64,000 nt of DNA from a virus (taxonomy: Duplodnaviria > Caudoviricetes): IMG/VR virus record IMGVR_UViG_2600255040_000002, positions 6,043 through 70,042 of that record. One strand, 5' to 3'. The translations under genes and the position numbers were made by a program. Shown in pieces: positions 35,865-45,770 of the stretch. Below the pieces are notes generated by a model. The model was not told where the DNA came from. It did no database searches and saw nothing but the letters and a program-made list of their open reading frames with translations. Numbering within the stretch: position 1 is the stretch's first letter; every line of letters begins with the position of its first letter.

Positions 35865-35914
35865 TGTGAAACTACGAAATTTAGATTGACAATCTAAAAA
35901 ACGTAGATTATACT
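35865..35914 (+). promoter_or_regulatory. Lytic promoter TTGACA-17-TATACT with repressor operators (AATCTA-N7-TAGATT)
   Basis: Consensus promoter with a palindrome in the spacer and a second imperfect copy upstream. Confidence 0.8.
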
Positions 35915-35964
35915 ACAACCAGAAGTTGACAATCAGAAGTTGATAAGAAGGGAGGAAGCAAACC

Positions 35965-36303
35965 ATGAACCCTGTGAAGATGATCTACGTCTGCGATCCA
36001 GCCAAGGCGAAAACCTGCCGAAAATCTGTTTGCAGGCAAAATCCCTATTCCGCTGATCCCGTGTGTGAATGGACAGGCAACCCGGAATGGGCAAAAACAG
36101 ACGCCGCGGGGAACCCCATCATCGACTGGGAAAACACGCTCTTTCTTCTCAAGCAGGACATCGTGCGAGATGTCCCGGCGGCGGTGCCTTACAAGTATAT
36201 AGCAGTCATTCAACGGGTGAAGCTGCTAACCATGGCTTCTTTGACAATCAATGGGCTCATGGTCTTACTATCTGTGCTCAAATGCCTAAGCCTGACAGGA
36301 TAA
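35965..36303 (+). CDS. Hypothetical protein with C-terminal TM
   Basis: GGAGG RBS after the lytic promoter. Confidence 0.65.
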   Translation: MNPVKMIYVCDPAKAKTCRKSVCRQNPYSADPVCEWTGNPEWAKTDAAGNPIIDWENTLFLLKQDIVRDVPAAVPYKYIAVIQRVKLLTMASLTINGLMVLLSVLKCLSLTG

Positions 36304-36664
36304 GGGCTCCACAAACAGCGACGAGCAGGCCGGATGCAAAACCAATAATCCGCTCCTTCCACTTTTCCTGTGATGTGAGCCGACGGATTTCCTTGTAATG
36401 CAGACCTTCGTGCGTCAAATAGAACCCTATGGGGACGGGGCCAGAGGAACTATTAAGGCAGTAGTATTCAGCAAGGTCGTTTTTTACCATATATTCCACG
36501 GCCCGGATAAATTCTTCTGGGGATGTCCTAATGGCCTGAGAAATATCATTGAAGGAAATTTTGTTGTGATCGTTCCATTCGGGAGAAAGGGACACCGTGC
36601 AATCTGCCCCATGCGGAACCAAGTAGACAAGGATTTTTTCAATCGTTGCATCGTATCGTGCCAT
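36278..36664 (-). CDS. Moron-like membrane-anchored protein
   Basis: Own promoter TTGAAA-17-TATTAT (36728-36700), AAAGGA RBS, C-terminal TM. Confidence 0.75.
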   Translation of the reverse strand: MARYDATIEKILVYLVPHGADCTVSLSPEWNDHNKISFNDISQAIRTSPEEFIRAVEYMVKNDLAEYYCLNSSSGPVPIGFYLTHEGLHYKEIRRLTSQEKWKERIIGFASGLLVAVCGALILSGLGI

Positions 36665-36744
36665 CTGTAGATTTCCTTTAATGTTCAACTAATGGTTACA
36701 TAATAGCACAAATAGCGCACGATTTCAAGAGAGGAGGTGAGCGG

Positions 36745-36936
36745 ATGCAGCTGAGGAAACTGCGGGAGGCCGCAGGCCTGACCCAGCGGGAACTAGGCAA
36801 TCGGATCGGTGTTTCCGGGCAGGCGGTGGCCCAGTGGGAGACCGGCGTCAAACGGCCCAGCGTGGAGAACCTGACAAAACTGGCGGACGTGCTGGAGACC
36901 AGCACCGACGCCATCCTGGGGCGGAATACTGCCTAA
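36745..36936 (+). CDS. Cro-like XRE regulator
   Basis: LRKLREAAGLTQRELG..QWETGVKRPSVENLTKLA. Confidence 0.9.
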   Translation: MQLRKLREAAGLTQRELGNRIGVSGQAVAQWETGVKRPSVENLTKLADVLETSTDAILGRNTA

Positions 36937-36957
36937 AATTTTGGAAGGAGCGATTGC

Positions 36958-37236
36958 ATGTACATACCAACTATGACATTGTGTGAGCTGGTGGAGCGGC
37001 TGCGTTCCCTGGGCGTGCCCACCAGCAACACCAAGGCGGCTGCCATGATCGAGGCGGGACAGTACCCCTTCGCCAGCTGTGTGCGGCTGAAGGAGGACGG
37101 GGAGCGGGTCTTTGAGATTTCGAAGGTACTCTTTGACAAGTGGGTGGCAGAGCGCGTCGTGCTGCAGCCTGGAGACCCCGGGTATCAGGTCCCCCTGGAG
37201 CTCTGCCCCCAACATACCACACAGGAGGCGAGCTGA
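36958..37236 (+). CDS. Excisionase-like protein
   Basis: Small, IEAGQYPF..FEISKVLFDKW; position. Confidence 0.55.
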   Translation: MYIPTMTLCELVERLRSLGVPTSNTKAAAMIEAGQYPFASCVRLKEDGERVFEISKVLFDKWVAERVVLQPGDPGYQVPLELCPQHTTQEAS

Positions 37237-37238
37237 CC

Positions 37239-37823
37239 ATGGCGGATCGATACCCATCTATCTACCAGAGGGCACGAAAAGATGCCTGTCTGACCCAGGA
37301 ACAGGCCGCGGAGCTGTTGAGCGTGTCGGTGGAAACTGTCAAGGCATGGGAGCAGAGACAACGGGTGCCCAGACCGGAGGACGTGGAGCGGATGCAAGCC
37401 GCCTATGGCACGCCCTGGCTGGGGCTGGAGTACACCCGGGCTACCTGCGGACAGCTGGGGGTGCTGCCGGAGCTGCGGCTTCAGGGACTGCCCACGGCGG
37501 TGCTGCGGCTGATCAACCGGGCCACGGCGCTGGCGGATGACTACCGGCGGCTGATGCTGATCGCCGAGGATGGCATCATTGATGAGATAGAGGCGCCGGA
37601 GTTTGACCGGATCGCCCAGAGCATTCAGGACGTGATTGCCGCTGGGTATGAGGTGCTCTATGCGGAGGCGCCTCCGGGCATAAAAAAAGCCCGCCCTGTG
37701 GCTGGCACCACAGAGCGGACGGTTCAGGGCTTTGCAGCCGAGAACGATTGCAAGATTATTGTATCACATTCCGGCCGGATTGCAAGCCCCAGTTTTACCG
37801 GGGAGGGGGTGACCCGCCCATGA
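37239..37823 (+). CDS. XRE HTH plus CII-like regulator
   Basis: ARKDACLTQEQAAELLSVSVETVKAWE. Confidence 0.8.
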   Translation: MADRYPSIYQRARKDACLTQEQAAELLSVSVETVKAWEQRQRVPRPEDVERMQAAYGTPWLGLEYTRATCGQLGVLPELRLQGLPTAVLRLINRATALADDYRRLMLIAEDGIIDEIEAPEFDRIAQSIQDVIAAGYEVLYAEAPPGIKKARPVAGTTERTVQGFAAENDCKIIVSHSGRIASPSFTGEGVTRP

Positions 37824-37909
37824 TGATCTGGGGGCTTGTGCTGATCGGCATTTGTACGCTCACCAGCGGACTGTTCCGGCTGGTGGATCGGATTGAAGGG
37901 AGGCGGTGA
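37820..37909 (+). CDS. 29-aa hydrophobic peptide
   Basis: GGAGGGGG RBS, coupled. Confidence 0.5.
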   Translation: MMIWGLVLIGICTLTSGLFRLVDRIEGRR

Positions 37910-38148
37910 GGATGGACGTGACACCGGAGCGGGCGGAAGTCGCCTTGGAGGTCCTGCGGATCGGGATGGACCGGGTTATCCGGGAAAAATTTAGCGAGGA
38001 TCGCTGCCGTTATGCGTATGGGCAGTACACGGGGGCGTTGTTCCTGGCCTATTCGCTGGGCATCCTGAACGATGCCGAGCATGACCGACGCTTCTTTGAG
38101 GCGCAGCGGGTCTACTATGACGCAGCTGAGGTGAGACAAAATGGCTGA
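37906..38148 (+). CDS. Hypothetical protein
   Basis: Coupled operon gene. Confidence 0.7.
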   Translation: MRMDVTPERAEVALEVLRIGMDRVIREKFSEDRCRYAYGQYTGALFLAYSLGILNDAEHDRRFFEAQRVYYDAAEVRQNG

Positions 38149-38887
38149 CGCGATTTTCAAGGGCGGCAGGCGCCGGGGGTTTACCACGGTGTATCGGGAG
38201 GTGGCCCAGGACCGACGGCTGAGCCTTAAAGCCCGGGGGCTGTTCCTGCTGCTCCAGAGCCTGCCGGAGACGTGGCAGTACACGATCTCCGGCCTGGCCA
38301 CCCTGGCCGGAACCGGTAAGGACCAGATTCGGAGCGGGCTGGCCGAGCTGCTGAAGGTAGGGTACTTGGTCAAGGAGCAGGCCCATGACGAAGCGGGCAA
38401 ATTCGCCGGTAACATCTTTGTCCTCCAGGAGGAAGCACCGTTGTCGGAAAACCCGACAACGGTAGACGAACAAAATATACCGTTGTCGGGAAAACCGATA
38501 CCGGGAAAACCGTCAACGGAAAACCCGACGCTAAGAAAAGAAGAATATAAGAAAAAAATAAATAAAACCCCTAAAGCCCCCAAAGGGGGGCTTAAAACCC
38601 CCGGCTTTGTGCTGGACTGCGTAGACGCATTCCTGGGGGATGATCCAGAGTATCAGGCCGCCTTCTCCGGCTTCCTGGAAAACCGGGAGGCCCTGAAAAA
38701 GCCGGTGCTGACCACCCGGAGCATCAACACCATCATCAACAAGCTGCGGAAGGTGAGCCGGGAGGAAGGTATCGCCATGCTGGATAAGGCTGTGGAGCGC
38801 AACTGGCTGACAGTGTACCCCCTGAAGGCCGACGAGCGGCCGATGGCGCCCATGCCCAATGATGCCAGAAGGGGGCGGTGCCTGTGA
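38141..38887 (+). CDS. Replication initiator (HTH, DnaD-like C-terminus)
   Basis: FTTV..D.RLSLKARGLF..L.SLP..W; internal iterons; upstream of the helicase. Confidence 0.85.
   Translation: MADAIFKGGRRRGFTTVYREVAQDRRLSLKARGLFLLLQSLPETWQYTISGLATLAGTGKDQIRSGLAELLKVGYLVKEQAHDEAGKFAGNIFVLQEEAPLSENPTTVDEQNIPLSGKPIPGKPSTENPTLRKEEYKKKINKTPKAPKGGLKTPGFVLDCVDAFLGDDPEYQAAFSGFLENREALKKPVLTTRSINTIINKLRKVSREEGIAMLDKAVERNWLTVYPLKADERPMAPMPNDARRGRCL
38438..38530. repeat. Iterons of the putative phage origin
   Basis: Four GGAAAACC(C)G(A/T) units, two with CCGTTGTCGG. Confidence 0.7.
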
Positions 38888-40278
38888 GCGAGATCAAGCA
38901 GGATGCCATTCTCTCCCAGCGGCTGCTAGACGCTCAGGTGGGCGTGCTGGGCTCCATGCTGATCGACCCGGATACCGTGCCGGAGGTGCTGAGCCGAGTG
39001 CGGGGCGAGGACTTTGCGGAAAAGAAGTACCGGCTGATATTCCAGGCCATCCAGGCCCGGTTCCGGGCTGGGCAGGCCATTGACCCTATCCTGGTCCGGG
39101 AGACTCTGGGGGGCGGTGTGGACAGCCCATGGACCTCGATCTTGCAGGGGCTGATGGATGTCACGACCACGGCGGCTCATGTGGATGACTATGTGGACGC
39201 CCTGCGGGCTTCCGTCACGTTGTCCAACCTGCGGACCCTGGGCACCCAGCTGGCGGAAGCCGACCGCCTGGAGGACGCTCAGACACTGCTGGATCAGATG
39301 CGGGCCCAGCAGGTGAGCCGGCCAAACGTCCAGGCCATGGACATGGCGGAGGGCTTAGAGCGGTTCTTTGACCGGCACAACGGCGAGGAGAAGCCGCAGT
39401 ATCTCAGCTGGGGTGTGCCCGTCCTGGACGAGCGGATCTTTGCGGAACCCGGGGACATGGTGGTGCTGGGCGGGTACCCGTCCGATGGCAAGACGGCCCT
39501 TGCGCTGCAGTTTGCCTTCGGCATCGGCAGAAATCACCGGGTAGGGTTCTTCAGCTACGAGTCCACCCGGGACAAGCTGTTTGACCGGACGGTGAGCCGG
39601 GCAGCCATGCTGAGTTACACCAAGATCAAGCGCAACCAGCTGACAGAGGCGGATTACAGGGACCTGCTGGAGCTGCGGCCCCAACTGACGGCTCCCCAGC
39701 TGACGCTGATCGACGCCGCCGGCATGACGGTGCTGGACATCCAGGCGTACAGCCAGGCCCACCGGTACGATGTGGTATTTGTGGACTATCTGCAAAAGAT
39801 TGCTGCGCCCAGAGGCACCCGACAGTCCGATTTTGAGCGGGTCTCCGCCATCTCCAGCAGCTTGCAGCAGTTTGGGCGGATCACCGGGACTACGGTGGTG
39901 GCCCTGAGCCAACTATCCCGCCCAGACCGGGACGCCAAGACCAAGAAAATCCGCCCGCCGGTGCTGAGTGACCTGCGCTCCTCCGGCCAGATCGAACAGG
40001 ACGCCGACGTGGTGCTGTTCCTGCACCGGGAGGACTATGATGACAAGCAGTCCAACCGGATTCTGAAGATCGCCAAAAACAAAGAGGGCGAGGCCATGGA
40101 CTACGTTCGGTTCCGGTTTGACGGCGATCTGCAGACCTTCTCCCGGATCGCGCCGGAAACTCCGGAGCCACCGGTGGAGAAGCCCAAACGGGAGAAGCAG
40201 CCGCCCCGGCAGGTGAGCTTCTGGGCGGACGGGGGCAGCTTCCAGGACACCCCCTGGGGGAAAGGGGGAGCCAGTTGA
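38878..40278 (+). CDS. dnaB: Replicative DNA helicase
   Basis: GYPSDGKT, FVDYLQ, ALSQLSR, LRSSGQIEQDAD. Confidence 0.95.
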   Translation: MPVSEIKQDAILSQRLLDAQVGVLGSMLIDPDTVPEVLSRVRGEDFAEKKYRLIFQAIQARFRAGQAIDPILVRETLGGGVDSPWTSILQGLMDVTTTAAHVDDYVDALRASVTLSNLRTLGTQLAEADRLEDAQTLLDQMRAQQVSRPNVQAMDMAEGLERFFDRHNGEEKPQYLSWGVPVLDERIFAEPGDMVVLGGYPSDGKTALALQFAFGIGRNHRVGFFSYESTRDKLFDRTVSRAAMLSYTKIKRNQLTEADYRDLLELRPQLTAPQLTLIDAAGMTVLDIQAYSQAHRYDVVFVDYLQKIAAPRGTRQSDFERVSAISSSLQQFGRITGTTVVALSQLSRPDRDAKTKKIRPPVLSDLRSSGQIEQDADVVLFLHREDYDDKQSNRILKIAKNKEGEAMDYVRFRFDGDLQTFSRIAPETPEPPVEKPKREKQPPRQVSFWADGGSFQDTPWGKGGAS

Positions 40279-40517
40279 AGATCGGATACATCCTGACCAT
40301 CAAACCTAACTTTTACACGGAGTACATGGGGGCCAATGACCAGCCCCGACCGGCTCAGGTGGTCTACATACACCCCGAAAGCCGATTTTACGTCGTGGAG
40401 TTCCGGAGCGACCTGGGTATTCCCTGGCGGGAGACGTTTTACCCATACACAAGGCGGATCGAGGGCATCGTGGACCGGTCCGCGCCATACTTACCACACG
40501 AAAAGGAGCTGTTTTGA
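40275..40517 (+). CDS. Hypothetical protein
   Basis: Coupled. Confidence 0.7.
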   Translation: MKIGYILTIKPNFYTEYMGANDQPRPAQVVYIHPESRFYVVEFRSDLGIPWRETFYPYTRRIEGIVDRSAPYLPHEKELF

Positions 40518-41297
40518 ATGAGGACGATTGCGATTATGAACAACAAAGGCGGCGTCGGCAAGACCGTCACCGCCATCAACCTGGCGGACATCTTGGTCAG
40601 GGACTATAAAAAGCGGGTGCTTCTGGCGGACTGCGATGGCCAATGCAATTTGACGGATTTTTTCTTCCCTGCACTGGATGAAGGACTGTCTGTCGCGGAG
40701 GTACTGACGGGGACCTGTGAGCCGCTTTGGAGCGATAATATCATGCCGATCCGTGATGGGTTGGACCTGTTGCCAGGTTCGGAGGACCTGTATACGCTGG
40801 ACCTGCAGGCCCTCCTTTACGGCAGCGACTATGGCGCCAGGTACCGGATGCGGGATTTTATCAATGCCGTGCAAACTGATGGCGAGGTGGACTATCTAAT
40901 TTTCGACTGCGCCCCAGGGTATACCTGCGCCACTGTAGCGGCTCTGATGTCCTCGGATGATGTGGTAATCCCAGTGACCGTGGACGGCTTCTCTTTCCGG
41001 GGACTGGAAACGATGGTCCGACAAATCTCGGGGCTTCGCCGCAATGGGCTGCCGGCTAAAGTGGCGGGCGTGCTGATTACCCAGTGGCGGAACACAGATG
41101 TGGTGGCGCAGGCGGATGCTCTGCTCCGGCAGGGGGAGATCCCTGTTTTCATGACACCTATCCGCCGGACCGACAAAGTCCCGGAGAGCACCTTCGAGCG
41201 GGTTCCGCTGGAGGCGTACAGTCCGCGGAGCGCCGCGGGCAGGGACTACCGGATGTGGGTGGAGGAATATCTGGGAGGTGAGCTCCATGGCGTTTGA
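40518..41297 (+). CDS. parA: ParA/Soj-family ATPase
   Basis: NNKGGVGKT, DCDGQCN, FDCAPG. Confidence 0.93.
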   Translation: MRTIAIMNNKGGVGKTVTAINLADILVRDYKKRVLLADCDGQCNLTDFFFPALDEGLSVAEVLTGTCEPLWSDNIMPIRDGLDLLPGSEDLYTLDLQALLYGSDYGARYRMRDFINAVQTDGEVDYLIFDCAPGYTCATVAALMSSDDVVIPVTVDGFSFRGLETMVRQISGLRRNGLPAKVAGVLITQWRNTDVVAQADALLRQGEIPVFMTPIRRTDKVPESTFERVPLEAYSPRSAAGRDYRMWVEEYLGGELHGV

Positions 41298-42276
41298 TAT
41301 CTCCAAATATACGGAGGCTTCGCGGGAGCCTGCCGCCGTGCGGGACATTGGGATCATTACTACCGAGATCTTGCGGTTGAAGCAGGATGCCGGCAACGCT
41401 ATCTTGAGTATCGGCCAGAGGCTGATCGAGGCCAAGGCCATGCTTCCGCATGGGGAGTGGCTGCCCTGGCTGACGGAGCAGGTCGAGTTTTCTGAGCGTA
41501 CCGCCCGCAACTTCATGCGGTTGGCGCGGGAATGGACAAATCGGCAAGCGCTTGCCGATTTGGGAGCCGCAAAAGCATTGACGCTGCTGGCTTTGCCGCC
41601 GGAGGAGCGGGAACGCTTTATGGAGGAAAACCATGTCGTGGACGGTGAGGAAAAGTCAGTCATTGACATGACTTCCCGGGAGCTGGAAAAGGCCGTGAAG
41701 GAGCGGGACGAGGCCCTGCACGCGGCGGAAGCGGCCCGGGCGGCCGCGGAGACGGCGGACCAGAGCCGGGCCAAAATGGAAGCGGACATGACGGCCCTCA
41801 AGCAACTGCACCAGGCGGCACAGGCCGGGGAGACCCAGGCCCGGGAGGCTCTAGCCAAAGCCCAAGCTGAATTGAAGGCCCTGCGTGAGAAACCGGTGGA
41901 GGTTGCTGTGGAGGTAGACCAGAAGGCTCTGCAAGAGGCCCGCCGGGAAGCGGAGACCCGGATGCAGGCCAAAGTGGACAAAGCTGCGGAGGCTCAGAAA
42001 AAGGCAGAGGAGCAGCGGAAGAAAGCGGAAGAGGAGCTGGCCGCGATCCGGCAGCAGCTGGAGGCAGCCCAGCAGGCGGAACGTCAGGCCGCGATCTCGG
42101 GCGACAAGGACCTTGCCCTGTTTGAATTGCTGTTCAGTCAGGGGAACGAGGCCGTGAACAAGCTCCACGGGCTGCTGCTCAAGGTCCGGGGACGGGGAGA
42201 TATCGAACTTGCCGGAAAGCTCCAGAAGGCCCTGCTGGCTCTAGCGGATGTGACGAGGAGGTGCGCGGAGGAATGA
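41287..42276 (+). CDS. DUF3102-like protein with long coiled coil
   Basis: IGQRLIEAK..LPHGEWLPWL...FSERTARNFMRLA. Confidence 0.8.
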   Translation: MAFDISKYTEASREPAAVRDIGIITTEILRLKQDAGNAILSIGQRLIEAKAMLPHGEWLPWLTEQVEFSERTARNFMRLAREWTNRQALADLGAAKALTLLALPPEERERFMEENHVVDGEEKSVIDMTSRELEKAVKERDEALHAAEAARAAAETADQSRAKMEADMTALKQLHQAAQAGETQAREALAKAQAELKALREKPVEVAVEVDQKALQEARREAETRMQAKVDKAAEAQKKAEEQRKKAEEELAAIRQQLEAAQQAERQAAISGDKDLALFELLFSQGNEAVNKLHGLLLKVRGRGDIELAGKLQKALLALADVTRRCAEE

Positions 42277-42614
42277 TGGACCGGGCAATCGAACTGCTGG
42301 AAGAGCAGCAGCGAAAAGTGAAGGAGCGTTCCGCACCTTGGCTGGTGGCGGAGCAGCTGAAAGATATCTGCCGCCGGGAGCCGCACAGCGCAAAGATCCT
42401 GGCGCAGGACCTGGAAAACGCCTCCATGTCCATTACGGAGGCGGAGAAGAAAATCAAGGCTTTTGCGGATGGGCACAGGAGCGACGGCTTTGGCTGCGTG
42501 CTGCCCGGGGAGGCTGACGCCATCCTGCGGGAGTTCTACGGTCTTGGCGCCCCTAGGGACACGGCCACGGAAAGCGGCTCTCCGAAGATCCTCAATCTGG
42601 CGGATTTCCTGTGA
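42273..42614 (+). CDS. Hypothetical protein (PcfJ-associated)
   Basis: Precedes the PcfJ-like gene; LNLADFL end. Confidence 0.75.
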   Translation: MMDRAIELLEEQQRKVKERSAPWLVAEQLKDICRREPHSAKILAQDLENASMSITEAEKKIKAFADGHRSDGFGCVLPGEADAILREFYGLGAPRDTATESGSPKILNLADFL

Positions 42615-42622
42615 GGTGCGAT

Positions 42623-44446
42623 ATGGACAAAGACTGGAAGAAAGTCGCGGAGAAATTGCCGGTAGAGCCCCGCAGTGACCTGGTAAACGATGTGCTCAGT
42701 GATATCTACGATAACGGGGATGCACTGGGAACCCCAATGCTCTTGTTCCATCGTGAACCTTTCACGCTTGCAGAACCACTCGACGAGATCATGTGCCCGG
42801 AGGCCTGGGAACGGCGCCGGCGGACGGCAAAGCACCGCTGGGGCGCCTGGTGTACCTGCACCAACTGCGGAGAGGACTTCGAGGCAGGATATTCCGACGG
42901 CGGGATCGTGCTGGAGACGGGGCCGGATGACGCAACCCGCGCCGGCTATGCGGAGCCGGGGCCGGTCTCCAACGTGTATCTGGAGGGCGAGACAGTCCTC
43001 TGCCCCAAGTGCTGGGCCGCTGTTGAGGTGACACGCCGGGCGGACCTGCGCCGGGGACGCACCTACCAGGTGCTTCAGGCGGAGGTGGTCAACGTGGAGA
43101 CCTATACCGCCGTCATGTACTGGCTGGTCAGCCGGCGTTTTGACAACACCGGAGGCGATCACATCCTGTTCCTGTCCCACGCCGCTTTGCTGGTTGACGG
43201 CGACGGGCGGCTGCGGCGGTTCCGCGCCAAGCGGACCGGGAATGATGTACGGGATGTGGTCTGGCTGCCGTGCAGCTCCACCCGGGACCCGATGCAGATG
43301 CCGTACTATTCCTGGGAGGCAGCCCACCACCGCAAGATCGGCGGGTGGACGCTGGCCTATGTCCCGGATCTGGACCGGCACACCGGCGAAAAGACGGCGC
43401 TGAAGGAATACATAGTTGCCGGCGGCTGCTGGCCCGGAGCGTACCTCCACGTATGGGAGCAGCATCCGCAGGTGGAGAACCTGATGCGGCAGGGGCTCTC
43501 CGAAGCGGTAGTCAGCACGATGGATGACACGTTGGACCTTGCCGCCACTGTCCACGACCTCTGCGACGCGCCGTCCATCCCGTGGGTGGACTGGAGGGAA
43601 GTCAAGCCACACCGGATGCTGCACATGAGCAAACCGGCGTTCCGGGAAATCTCCCGAAATCATTGGGGGGCCGAGGATGTGGAGTGCTGGGACAGATACC
43701 GGCGCCAGCTCCCCAGTGCTGACGCAATGGACTTTGAATACTGCCGGAAGCGCATCGGCAGCAAGGCCGTGGGGCAGCTCCTGGAGATGGTGGCCGCCGG
43801 ATGGGAAGATTTGCTCCCCCTGCCTGTGGTCCGCTATCTGGAGAAACGGGAAGCCGTTAAAGATGGCGTACAGATGCTGATTGACTACCGCAAGATGCTG
43901 CGGGACGCGGAGATGGCGGAAACGGAAGAAACCCGGTGGCCGCGCGATTTGCTGGCCGCCCATGAGCGGATCACCAAATTCTGGGCCAACCATTTCAAGG
44001 CATCGTATCAGCTGGGATTCACCAGCACATTCATCCGGTTTCGGGATCTGGAATGGACGGACGGAGATCTGTGCATCGTCCTTCCTCGTGTGGAGGAGGA
44101 CCTGGTCTCCGAAGGAAAGGTCCTGCGGCACTGTGTCGGCACCTACGGCAGTGCACACTGCTCTGGGAAACCTGTGTTTTTCGTGCGGCACCGCCGCAGG
44201 CCGGAGCGGAGCTATTATACCCTGCAGATCAATATGAACGGGACGATCCCAAAGGAAATCCAGCTCCACGGATACGGCAATGAGCGCCACGGAGACCACA
44301 AGCAGTATGCCCACAAAATCCCGCGGAAGGTCCGGGAGTTCTGCGACCGCTGGGAGCGGGAGGTCCTGACACCCTGGTTTGCGGCACAACGTACAGGGGC
44401 AGAGCGGCCAGCCAAGAAAAAACAGAAAGCAGGGAGGATCGCCTGA
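42623..44446 (+). CDS. PcfJ-domain protein
   Basis: EGKVLRHCVGTY...FFVR...YTLQ. Confidence 0.85.
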   Translation: MDKDWKKVAEKLPVEPRSDLVNDVLSDIYDNGDALGTPMLLFHREPFTLAEPLDEIMCPEAWERRRRTAKHRWGAWCTCTNCGEDFEAGYSDGGIVLETGPDDATRAGYAEPGPVSNVYLEGETVLCPKCWAAVEVTRRADLRRGRTYQVLQAEVVNVETYTAVMYWLVSRRFDNTGGDHILFLSHAALLVDGDGRLRRFRAKRTGNDVRDVVWLPCSSTRDPMQMPYYSWEAAHHRKIGGWTLAYVPDLDRHTGEKTALKEYIVAGGCWPGAYLHVWEQHPQVENLMRQGLSEAVVSTMDDTLDLAATVHDLCDAPSIPWVDWREVKPHRMLHMSKPAFREISRNHWGAEDVECWDRYRRQLPSADAMDFEYCRKRIGSKAVGQLLEMVAAGWEDLLPLPVVRYLEKREAVKDGVQMLIDYRKMLRDAEMAETEETRWPRDLLAAHERITKFWANHFKASYQLGFTSTFIRFRDLEWTDGDLCIVLPRVEEDLVSEGKVLRHCVGTYGSAHCSGKPVFFVRHRRRPERSYYTLQINMNGTIPKEIQLHGYGNERHGDHKQYAHKIPRKVREFCDRWEREVLTPWFAAQRTGAERPAKKKQKAGRIA

Positions 44447-44610
44447 TGCGGATCGTCAAAACCGGAGACCCCTGTCCACTCTGCGGCCGCCCGGTGACCG
44501 CAGAGGACCGGGAAACGTTGGACCAGTTGACGGCCATCGCGCAGATGTTGGATCGCTTTGGCATTGACATCGCTGCGGGTGCAGCGGAGAAAGGAGAAGA
44601 ATATGAGTGA
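44446..44610 (+). CDS. Small CxxC protein
   Basis: TGATG coupling, CPLC. Confidence 0.6.
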   Translation: MRIVKTGDPCPLCGRPVTAEDRETLDQLTAIAQMLDRFGIDIAAGAAEKGEEYE

Positions 44611-44845
44611 GCAGGGATATGAGCGAAAAAAGGACTTTGTGAACCATGCTTTAAGCCGCTGCGTGGCGTCCATGTACCCCAACGTGTGCCGGGTGGCCTA
44701 CCACACCCGGGACACCGACGAGGGTTTGCGGGAGACCGCCATGATCTACCTGGCCGGGGGCTACTCCCGGCGGGTAGACGTGACGGGGCTGGACCTGCCG
44801 GCCACCCTGGACGCCGTGCTGGCGGTGTTCCGGGAGGCGGCGTGA
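44603..44845 (+). CDS. Hypothetical protein
   Basis: AAAGGAG RBS. Confidence 0.7.
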   Translation: MSEQGYERKKDFVNHALSRCVASMYPNVCRVAYHTRDTDEGLRETAMIYLAGGYSRRVDVTGLDLPATLDAVLAVFREAA

Positions 44846-44846
44846 G

Positions 44847-44957
44847 ATGGGCCGCTATACGGGCCGGGAGCGCCGCCAGCGGGCGCTGTACCGGCTGGCC
44901 ATCGTCGTTTGGATCATCGTGCTGGCCCTAGTGCTGTGCATGGACACGGCAGGATAG
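44847..44957 (+). CDS. 36-aa TM peptide
   Basis: Basic N-terminus plus hydrophobic helix; GGAGG RBS. Confidence 0.55.
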   Translation: MGRYTGRERRQRALYRLAIVVWIIVLALVLCMDTAG

Positions 44958-44966
44958 GAGGCGGCT

Positions 44967-45296
44967 ATGGAGACAGTTGACTTGATCAATGCCCTGCGGC
45001 GGATGGCTCCAGAGACCGGAGGCCTGCCCTGTCTTAGATGCGGGCATGAGCACGGCTGCAGTGTCCACGGCTGTGCTGTCATCAAGGAGGCGGCGGACCG
45101 GTTGGAAAAACGCTACCGAGGTGCTAGGGGCCATTGTAAGCCGGTGATTGCCGTAGCACCAGACGGCAGCTGGACCCGCTATGTGTCCATCAAGGAGGCG
45201 GCCCGGATCGTGGGCGTCAACCCGGCCCAGATCAGTACGGCGTGCGTTACAGGACAGCGGTGCGCCGGCCAGTATTGGAAAAAAGAGGAGGGATAA
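44967..45296 (+). CDS. Mosaic protein with C-terminal NUMOD1-like HTH
   Basis: CLRCG..C..GC; YVSIKEAARIVG. Confidence 0.75.
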   Translation: METVDLINALRRMAPETGGLPCLRCGHEHGCSVHGCAVIKEAADRLEKRYRGARGHCKPVIAVAPDGSWTRYVSIKEAARIVGVNPAQISTACVTGQRCAGQYWKKEEG

Positions 45297-45297
45297 G

Positions 45298-45768
45298 GTG
45301 AGACCGATTGATGGTGATTACATAAGCGATGCCCTAGAGGCAGAGCTTTGCCGGGAGGGCGATGATCTTGAGGATCGGCAATGGGCCTATGGCTATGCCG
45401 CGGGAGTGAGTTTTGCAGTTCGTAAACTCGCGGAAGCCCCCACCCTCACCCCGCCGAACGAGTGGGTGAGCGTGGAGGAGAGGCTGCCAGATGCAGAGAA
45501 AGAGGTGCGACTTTTCTGTGTAACTCCCAACGGATATAAATACCAGTGTCAGGGGTTTTATGTTCCACCAGGGATGCGCCGGGATGATTCTGATTATTCC
45601 TGGGACTGGGAATGCTGCGACCAGTATGACGAAGATTCGGATGACTACTTTGTTAACCCTGGATGGTATGAAAGCAGCCATAACTGGGACGAGTATTCGG
45701 CTTTTGGGATTGCGGATAAGGTAACATACTGGATGCCCCTTCCAGAGCCGCCGGGAAAGGAGGGGTGA
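45298..45768 (+). CDS. DUF551-like protein
   Basis: PTLTPPNEWVSVEERLP...YWMPLPEPP. Confidence 0.75.
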   Translation: MRPIDGDYISDALEAELCREGDDLEDRQWAYGYAAGVSFAVRKLAEAPTLTPPNEWVSVEERLPDAEKEVRLFCVTPNGYKYQCQGFYVPPGMRRDDSDYSWDWECCDQYDEDSDDYFVNPGWYESSHNWDEYSAFGIADKVTYWMPLPEPPGKEG

Positions 45769-45770
45769 GG

